From contig JBJDZJ010000096.1 in NCBI GenBank assembly GCA_051867915.1, positions 1 through 53,126 on the forward strand: 53,126 bases of DNA, given 5' to 3'. Of this stretch, positions 42,148-48,503 are shown piece by piece. Position numbers and translations under genes: made by a program. Within the stretch, counting starts at the first letter, position 1, and the number at the start of each line of letters is the position of its first letter. This DNA comes from Eubacteriales bacterium (GTDB lineage: Bacteria; Bacillota; Clostridia; Oscillospirales; CAG-272). Under the pieces are notes generated by a model. The model made no database searches and was not told the DNA's origin. It was given only the letters and a program-made list of their open reading frames with translations.

Positions 42148-43068
42148 ATGAATATCCTGCATTTGAAATACGCCGTAGAAGTCGAGAAAACCCGCTCCAT
42201 CAGTAAGGCAGCGGAAAATCTTTTCATGGGTCAGCCCAATCTGTCCCGTGCCATCAGGGAACTGGAGTCGTCGCTTGGAATCACGATTTTCAAGCGAACC
42301 TCAAAGGGAATCACCGTCACCCCGCAGGGGGAGGATTTCCTCTCCCGTGCCAAAAACATCCTGTCCCAGATTGACGAGATGGAAAACTACTATAAAACGG
42401 GTCAGGGCGGCATTCGGAAGTTTTCCCTGTCTGCACCCCGTGCCAGTTTCGTATGCTCTGCCTTTGCCGAGTTTGCCTCGACGCTGGACCGTGAATCCCC
42501 TGCGGAGATCTATTATAAGGAAACCAACTCCATCCGAGCCATCGACAATCTGCTTCAGGCCGATTATAAGCTGGGAATTATCCGTTTCCAGACCCTTTTC
42601 GAATCCTATTATAAAGCCCTTTTCCATGAAAAGGGAATTGCCAGTCAGACCATTGTGGAGTATTCCTGCGTGGCGCTGATGTCGGTGAAGAATCCTCTGG
42701 CATGGAAGGAATCCATTTCGCAGAGCGATCTTGCCGGTTATGTGGAGATCGCAAATCCCGATCACTATGTGCCTTCGCTGCCCTTCGCAGACGCCATGAA
42801 GGCGGAAATGTCCGACTTCACCGATCAGCATATCTATGTCTACGAGCGGGCGTCCCAGTTTGAACTGCTGGATAAGGTGGACAATTCCTTTATGTGGGTG
42901 TCCGCCATTCCGCAGGATATTCTCGATAAATACGGTCTGGTTCAGAAAAAGTGTCCCGATAACGAAAAACGCTATAAGGATGTGCTGATCTACCGCAAAG
43001 GCTATCATTTCACCGATCTCGACCGTAAATTTTTGGATATTTTGGACAAATACAAAGCTCAGGTTTGA
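42148..43068 (+). CDS. LysR-family transcriptional regulator
   Basis: 'MNILHLKYAVEVEKTRSISKAAENLFMGQPNLSRAIRELESSLGITIFKRTSKGITVTPQGEDF'. Confidence 0.85.
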   Translation: MNILHLKYAVEVEKTRSISKAAENLFMGQPNLSRAIRELESSLGITIFKRTSKGITVTPQGEDFLSRAKNILSQIDEMENYYKTGQGGIRKFSLSAPRASFVCSAFAEFASTLDRESPAEIYYKETNSIRAIDNLLQADYKLGIIRFQTLFESYYKALFHEKGIASQTIVEYSCVALMSVKNPLAWKESISQSDLAGYVEIANPDHYVPSLPFADAMKAEMSDFTDQHIYVYERASQFELLDKVDNSFMWVSAIPQDILDKYGLVQKKCPDNEKRYKDVLIYRKGYHFTDLDRKFLDILDKYKAQV

Positions 43069-43125
43069 GCGGAATTACACAAAAAGTCATGTCATAAAAG
43101 GCATATTCGTATGCTTTTTTGGTAC

Positions 43126-43154
43126 TTTACAAACGCATAATTGTGTGTTAAAAT
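43126..43154 (+). promoter_or_regulatory. Promoter TTTACA-17 nt-TAAAAT for adhE
   Basis: -35 at 43126-43131, -10 at 43149-43154; about 80 nt upstream of ATG 43236. Confidence 0.5.
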
Positions 43155-43235
43155 ATTAACAGACAAGAGAACAGAAGCAAAAAGACGGGCATAAGAATGT
43201 CCGATCAACACAAATATACGGAGGAGAAGAGAGTT

Positions 43236-45851
43236 ATGGAGAACAAGTACACGATTGTCGATAGCGTTGAGTCCTTTGAGATTGCCCTTGCAAAGGTCAG
43301 AGAGGCTCAGAAAATCTATGCGACCTATACCCAGGAGCAGGTTGATAAGATTTTCTATGCGGCAAGCGTAGCGGCCAATCAGGCGAGAATTCCCCTTGCC
43401 AAGATGGCAGTTGCCGAGACCGGAATGGGCGTTGCAGAGGATAAGGTGATCAAGAATCATTTCGCATCCGAGTATATCTACAATTACTACAAGGATATGA
43501 AGACCTGCGGCATCATCGAAGAGGATAAGGCGTTCGGCATCACCAAGATTGCAGAGCCGATCGGTGTTGTTGCTGCCGTCATCCCCACCACCAATCCCAC
43601 CTCTACCGCCATCTTCAAGACCCTGATCTCCCTGAAGACCCGGAACGGCATCCTGATTTCCCCCCATCCCCGTGCCAAGAAGTGCACCATCGAGGCGGCG
43701 AAGATCGTTCTTGAGGCGGCAGTCAAGGCAGGCGCACCCGAGGGGCTGATCAGCTGGATTGATGTGCCCTCTCTTGAACTGACCAACCTGCTTATGAAGG
43801 AAGCCGACATTATTCTGGCAACCGGTGGCCCCGGAATGGTCAAGGCGGCTTATTCCTCCGGAACTCCCGCATTGGGCGTCGGCGCAGGCAATACCCCTGC
43901 CATCATCGACAGTACCGCCAATGTTAAGGTAGCCGTCAACTCGGTGATCCACTCCAAGACCTTCGATAACGGCATGATCTGTGCATCCGAGCAGTCGGTC
44001 ATCGTCCTTCCCGAAGTTTATGACGCTGTAAAAGCAGAATTTGCCGCAAGAGGCTGTTATTTCCTGAACCCCGAGGAGACCGAGAAGGTTCGCAAGACCA
44101 TCATTATCAACGGCTCCGTCAATGCAAAGATCGTCGGACAGACCGCCTATACCATTGCCAAGATCGCCGGCGTTGAGGTTCCCGAAAGAACCAAGATCCT
44201 CATCGGCGAGGTGGAATCGGTGGACATTTCCGAGGAGTTCGCTCACGAGAAGCTGTCTCCCGTTCTGGCCATGTATCATGCAGACGATTTTGCGGACGCT
44301 CTTGCCAAGGCAGAGCATCTGGTTCACGACGGCGGCATGGGTCACACCGCCTGCCTCTACTGCGATGCAGTCTCCGAGCGTGCCAAGATCGACGAGTTCG
44401 CTCTCCGTATGCCCAACTGCCGTATGCTGATCAACACCCCTGCATCTCAGGGTGCCATCGGCGACATTTACAACTTCAAGTTCGCTCCCTCCCTGACGCT
44501 GGGATGCGGATCTTACGGCAGAAACAGCGTTTCCGAAAATGTGGGCTGCAAGCATCTTCTGAACATCAAGACGCTTGCCGAGAGGAGAGAAAATATGCTT
44601 TGGTTCCGTGCGCCTGAAAAGGTTTATATCAAGAAGGGCTGCCTGCCCGTTGCACTCGACGAGCTGAAGGCCGTCATGGGCAAGAAGAGAGCCTTCATCG
44701 TCACCGACTCCTTCCTGTACAACAACGGTTACACCAAGCCCATCGAGTCCAAGCTGGATGATATGGGTATCATGCACACCACCTTCTCCAATGTTGCTCC
44801 CGACCCCTCCCTTGCCTGCGCTAAGGAAGGTGCGGCTCTTATGAGCGCATTCAAGCCCGATACCATCATCGCCATCGGCGGCGGTTCTGCAATGGATGCC
44901 GCAAAGATCATGTGGGTTCTCTATGAACATCCCGAAGTTGACTTCTTCGATATGGCAATGCGCTTCATGGACATCCGCAAGCGTGTCTATACCTTCCCCA
45001 AGATGGGCGAAAAGGCATATTTCATCGCCATCCCCACCTCCGCAGGTACCGGCTCCGAGGTAACTCCCTTTGCGGTTATCACCGATCAGGATACCGGCGT
45101 GAAGTATCCTCTTGCCGACTATGAGCTGATGCCCAACATGGCAATTGTGGATGCAGACATGATGATGTCCGCTCCCAAGGGTCTGACCAGTGCATCGGGT
45201 ATCGACGCTGTTTCCCACGACCTTGAGGCCATCGCATCGGTAATGGCAACCGATTATACCGACGGTCTGGCTAAGCAGTCGCTGAAGATGATCTTCGACT
45301 ACCTGCCCGCCGCATATGACAACGGTCCTCACGATCCCGTTGCCCGTGAGAAGATGGCAAATGCCGCAACCATGGCAGGTATGGCGTTCGCAAACGCATT
45401 CCTGGGTGTCTGCCACTCCATGGCGCACAAGCTGGGTGCCTTCCATCATCTGCCCCACGGTGTTGCCAATGCGCTGATGCTGGATGAGGTCATCCGCTTC
45501 AACTCGGCAGAAGTCCCCACCAAGATGGGTACCTTCCCCCAGTACGAATATCCTCACACCAAGGCGAAGTATGCGGAAGTTGCTACCTACCTGGGACTTT
45601 CCGGCAATACCGACGATGAGAAGGTGGAGAGCCTGATCGCCGCTCTCGACGAGCTGAAGGCAAAGATCGGCATCAAGCCCACCATCAAGGATTATGTTCC
45701 CGATGAGGCAGACTTCCTGGCGCGTCTGGACGCCATGGTCGAACAGGCATTTGACGATCAGTGCACAGGCGCCAACCCCCGTTACCCTCTCATGAGTGAG
45801 ATCAAGCAAATGTACCTGAACGCTTACTACGGAACTCACGAGGAAGTATAA
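43236..45851 (+). CDS. adhE: Bifunctional acetaldehyde-CoA / alcohol dehydrogenase AdhE
   Basis: ORF 43197..45851. The N-terminal ALDH half and C-terminal Fe-ADH half ('GGGSAMDAAK', 'HSMAHKLGAFHHLPHG', 'FDDQCTGANPRYPL') are unmistakable. ATG 43236 is preferred, with GGAGGAG 9 nt upstream. Confidence 0.95.
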   Translation: MENKYTIVDSVESFEIALAKVREAQKIYATYTQEQVDKIFYAASVAANQARIPLAKMAVAETGMGVAEDKVIKNHFASEYIYNYYKDMKTCGIIEEDKAFGITKIAEPIGVVAAVIPTTNPTSTAIFKTLISLKTRNGILISPHPRAKKCTIEAAKIVLEAAVKAGAPEGLISWIDVPSLELTNLLMKEADIILATGGPGMVKAAYSSGTPALGVGAGNTPAIIDSTANVKVAVNSVIHSKTFDNGMICASEQSVIVLPEVYDAVKAEFAARGCYFLNPEETEKVRKTIIINGSVNAKIVGQTAYTIAKIAGVEVPERTKILIGEVESVDISEEFAHEKLSPVLAMYHADDFADALAKAEHLVHDGGMGHTACLYCDAVSERAKIDEFALRMPNCRMLINTPASQGAIGDIYNFKFAPSLTLGCGSYGRNSVSENVGCKHLLNIKTLAERRENMLWFRAPEKVYIKKGCLPVALDELKAVMGKKRAFIVTDSFLYNNGYTKPIESKLDDMGIMHTTFSNVAPDPSLACAKEGAALMSAFKPDTIIAIGGGSAMDAAKIMWVLYEHPEVDFFDMAMRFMDIRKRVYTFPKMGEKAYFIAIPTSAGTGSEVTPFAVITDQDTGVKYPLADYELMPNMAIVDADMMMSAPKGLTSASGIDAVSHDLEAIASVMATDYTDGLAKQSLKMIFDYLPAAYDNGPHDPVAREKMANAATMAGMAFANAFLGVCHSMAHKLGAFHHLPHGVANALMLDEVIRFNSAEVPTKMGTFPQYEYPHTKAKYAEVATYLGLSGNTDDEKVESLIAALDELKAKIGIKPTIKDYVPDEADFLARLDAMVEQAFDDQCTGANPRYPLMSEIKQMYLNAYYGTHEEV

Positions 45852-46233
45852 CTGATTTTATGGCAAAAGGAAGGGGGGTGCGCCGCGCCAACCCCCGCTA
45901 CCCCTTGATGAGCGAAATCAAGTAAATGTACCTGAACGCATACTATGGCACTCACGAGGAAGTATAACTGATTTTATGGCAAAAGGAAGGGGGTTGCGCC
46001 GCGCCAACCCCCGCTACCCCCTGATGAGCGAAATCAAGCAGATGTACCTGAACGCTTACTACGGCAAGCATGAGGAAGTATAAAAATAACAAAAATCAGC
46101 GACCCGGTCAAGGGTCGCTGATTTTTGAAAATAAGGAAGGGGGTTGCGCCGCGCCAACCCCCGTTACCCTCTCATGAGCGAAATCAAGCAAATGTATCTG
46201 AACGCTTACTATGGCACTCACGAGAAAGTGTAA
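45852..46233 (+). repeat. Three tandem, diverged copies (A, B, C) of the last ~80 bp of adhE, each preceded by an AAGGAAGGGGG(T/G)TGCGCCGC hairpin arm
   Basis: Copy A is 45869-45967 with an in-frame TAA at 45923. Copy B is 45985-46083 and is intact; with ATG 45976 it gives a 35-codon ORF MAKGRGLRRANPRYPLMSEIKQMYLNAYYGKHEEV. Copy C is 46135-46233. The stop codons of the native end, A and B lie exactly 116 bp apart (45851, 45967, 46083). Confidence 0.9.
46091..46126 (+). terminator. Intrinsic terminator after adhE-tail copy B
   Basis: AAAAATCAGCGACCC-GGTCAA-GGGTCGCTGATTTTT. Confidence 0.7.
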
Positions 46234-46501
46234 TTGATAATCTCCAAAAACAGCGGGTGAAGACCGTTGTTTTTAGGGCAAGATGAAGGGGCAAAGGGAA
46301 GCCCTGTTGCCGCCGCAAGATGAGCCTCATGGTGCCGATAGTTATTGTTTTCAACTCGCAGTGAGCTTACACAACTGCGAGTTGCTTTTGTTGACAACAA
46401 AAAGTGGTTGCTTTTTTGGTAAAAATAGTAGATAATCAAGATGAAAACAATTATGTTATTGTGCAAATAAGAAAAATAAATGCAGATAAAGGAGAGAACA
46501 T

Positions 46502-48085
46502 ATGGAGCTTAAATTGCAGATTGCCAAACTTCGTTCGGGAGCGGGCATGTCGCAGGAAGAACTTGCGGCACTGTTGGGCGTTTCAAGGCAGGCTGTTCAG
46601 AAATGGGAAAGTGGAGGAGCGGTTCCGAGACTTGATCATCTTATAAAAATGGCAAAGCTTTTCAGGGTTACTCTTGATTCGCTTGTGCTTGAAGGAAACA
46701 ACAGAATAACCGAGGAAATGATGCACGGAAGCAATATAGCTCCCGATTATGAGCACATGTGCTACTGGGAATCATATCCTCAGAACCTTTTGAATGAGTA
46801 CAGACAGTCAATCGAAGAGGGTAAAAACATATCAATATATGAGAAGCTTTTCAAAGCCGTGTATGAAATGCCGGCAGGAGAGCATAAAGAGAAAATGGCA
46901 GATCAGCTGTTTGATATAGTCTGCTCGGCAGGTACGGTTGAAAATTATCAGTATACCGAACCGTCGGGATATGACGAGATAAGGAAACTGTCGTCCGGCA
47001 CAACTGCCGAGATGAAAATGCCGTCCGATCACGAACTCAAGAAGAAGATAAAGGGCGCATGGCTCGGCAGAATATGCGGATGCCTGCTCGGCAAGCCGAT
47101 CGAAGGCATCCATACACCCGAATTGAAGAAACTTTTGAAAAGCTCGGATAACTATCCGCTTCACAGGTATATAACCACCGATGATGTGACGCCCGAACTT
47201 CAGAATGAGATATCGTACAGGGTGAGAAGAGACAGCCTTGTGGGTGCAATAAGCTGTGCACCTGTCGATGACGATACAAACTATACGGTTCTTGCATCTG
47301 TGATAGTTGACCGCTTCGGCAGAGATTTCAAATCCTCTGATGTTGCCAATTCGTGGGTGTGGTATCAGGGAAAAGATGCATACTGTACGGCAGAACGTGT
47401 TGCATTCAAGAATTTCGTTATGGGATACCGTCCACCGATGTCGGCTGTATACAAAAATGTTTACAGGGAATGGATAGGAGCACAGATAAGAGGGGATTAT
47501 TTCGGATATATAAATCCATGTGATCCTGCATCGGCGGCTGAAATGGCATGGCGCGATGCGTCAATATCGCATGTGAAAAACGGAATATACGGCGAAATGT
47601 TCGCATCGGCGATGATTGCGGCGGCAGCAGGCTGTAATGATATGGTTTCGGTCGTGAATGAAGGTCTTGCACAGATTCCGGTATCGTCGAGACTGTATGA
47701 ATCGGTCGGTTCGATTTTAAGCGGTTATCAGAACCGAGTTTCCAAAAGTGAGGCGTTTGCCAAAATTCATGCCGAATATGATGAATTTACAGATCACGGA
47801 TGGTGTCATACAATACCGAATGCAATGATTGTTGCGGCATCTCTCCTTTACGGTGGCGGAGATTATACCAAATCAATATGTATGGCTGTCGAAACAGGGT
47901 TTGATACAGACTGTAACGGCGCAACTGTCGGATCGGTGCTTGGAATGATGAACGGTGCCGATTCCATAGGGGCACAATGGACTGCTCCGATAAACGGGAC
48001 GCTTGATACATCTATATTCGGAGTCGGAAAGGTTAAGGTCGACGATATGGTCGAACGAACAGTAAAGCATATAAAAGCCAAATAG
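46502..48085 (+). CDS. Fusion of an XRE-type HTH DNA-binding domain with an ADP-ribosylglycohydrolase (ARH/DraG-fold) domain
   Basis: N-terminus 'LRSGAGMSQEELAALLGVSRQAVQKWESGGAVPRLDHLIKMAKLFRVTLDSLV'. ARH-type motifs 'IKGAWLGRICGCLLGKPIEG', 'PVDDDTNYTVLA', 'GFDTDCNGATVGSVLGMMNG'. AAGGAGAG Shine-Dalgarno. Confidence 0.75.
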   Translation: MELKLQIAKLRSGAGMSQEELAALLGVSRQAVQKWESGGAVPRLDHLIKMAKLFRVTLDSLVLEGNNRITEEMMHGSNIAPDYEHMCYWESYPQNLLNEYRQSIEEGKNISIYEKLFKAVYEMPAGEHKEKMADQLFDIVCSAGTVENYQYTEPSGYDEIRKLSSGTTAEMKMPSDHELKKKIKGAWLGRICGCLLGKPIEGIHTPELKKLLKSSDNYPLHRYITTDDVTPELQNEISYRVRRDSLVGAISCAPVDDDTNYTVLASVIVDRFGRDFKSSDVANSWVWYQGKDAYCTAERVAFKNFVMGYRPPMSAVYKNVYREWIGAQIRGDYFGYINPCDPASAAEMAWRDASISHVKNGIYGEMFASAMIAAAAGCNDMVSVVNEGLAQIPVSSRLYESVGSILSGYQNRVSKSEAFAKIHAEYDEFTDHGWCHTIPNAMIVAASLLYGGGDYTKSICMAVETGFDTDCNGATVGSVLGMMNGADSIGAQWTAPINGTLDTSIFGVGKVKVDDMVERTVKHIKAK

Positions 48086-48086
48086 G

Positions 48087-48135
48087 CGATTGTAAAACTG
48101 CGTTTTACAATCGGAGTGCGCAACGCACGGTTTTT
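48087..48135 (+). terminator. Two consecutive hairpins, the second with a T-run, after the HTH-ARH gene
   Basis: CGATTGTAAAAC-TGC-GTTTTACAATCG (48087-48113), then GTGCG-CAA-CGCAC followed by GGTTTTT (48116-48135). Confidence 0.6.
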
Positions 48136-48359
48136 CACGCACTTATCGTCTTCGGGTTTGGCAGCTTCAATCGGTGCGTGGACTCGCTTTGCTCGTCTTT
48201 GCGGTGTTTTTACTTATATTCGTCATGTTTACAATCGCCTCTTATACAACAAAAACGGATAAAAATCAGTAGTATATATGTTAAAAAAGCATTCTGCCGA
48301 TTGGCTTTTTTGACTTTTTTCAATCGGCCATCTAAAAGCCAAATTAAAGGAGAACCGTA

Positions 48360-48485
48360 ATGGATAAAAAACAAATTTATGTTGCCCCCGAAATTGATAT
48401 CTGTCTTGTCGAAAGCTCTGATATTGTGCTGATTTCAACTGTAGACCGGGACGGAACCCTGGGAAAAATCGGATATGATGATTAA
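48360..48485 (+). CDS. Unannotated 41-codon sORF (MDKKQIYVAPEIDICLVESSDIVLISTVDRDGTLGKIGYDD)
   Basis: AAGGAG (48347-48352) lies 7 nt before ATG 48360. The TAA at 48483-48485 is 18 nt before the ATG of the secreted ARH gene. Too short for the ORF track. Paralogous to the sORF at 51699..51812. Confidence 0.5.
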   Translation: MDKKQIYVAPEIDICLVESSDIVLISTVDRDGTLGKIGYDD

Positions 48486-48503
48486 AAAAGAGAGGTGCTT
48501 AAA

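Noticed and set aside
43092-45839. A 915-aa minus-strand ORF antisense to adhE. Similar long antisense ORFs occur at 1396-3102, 6840-8135, 11877-13805, 21423-22688, 24077-25204, 26002-27663, 30058-31605, 31843-33126 and 38138-39418.
   Set aside because: The explanation is the same codon-aligned antisense artefact. Each lies opposite a gene with unmistakable family motifs, and none has its own start context or any domain signature.
45852-46233. Whether the tandem adhE-tail copies are a CRISPR array or a diversity-generating-retroelement VR/TR pair.
   Set aside because: The repeats are ~80-100 bp of coding-derived sequence, with 17-50-nt linkers that are themselves repeated rather than unique spacers. 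No cas genes are present. For a DGR there is no reverse transcriptase in the window. The substitutions between copies are not restricted to adenine positions (for example T/C and C/G third-position changes).
48360-48485. Reading the two sORFs as lasso-peptide precursors because of the Y-x-x-P element.
   Set aside because: The full lasso leader pattern (YxxPxLxxxGxxxxxTx) is not met. Any core starting with Gly and having Asp/Glu at position 7-9 would leave almost no tail. No lasso cyclase, leader peptidase or RRE genes are nearby. I kept only the generic 'leader plus variable core' hypothesis.
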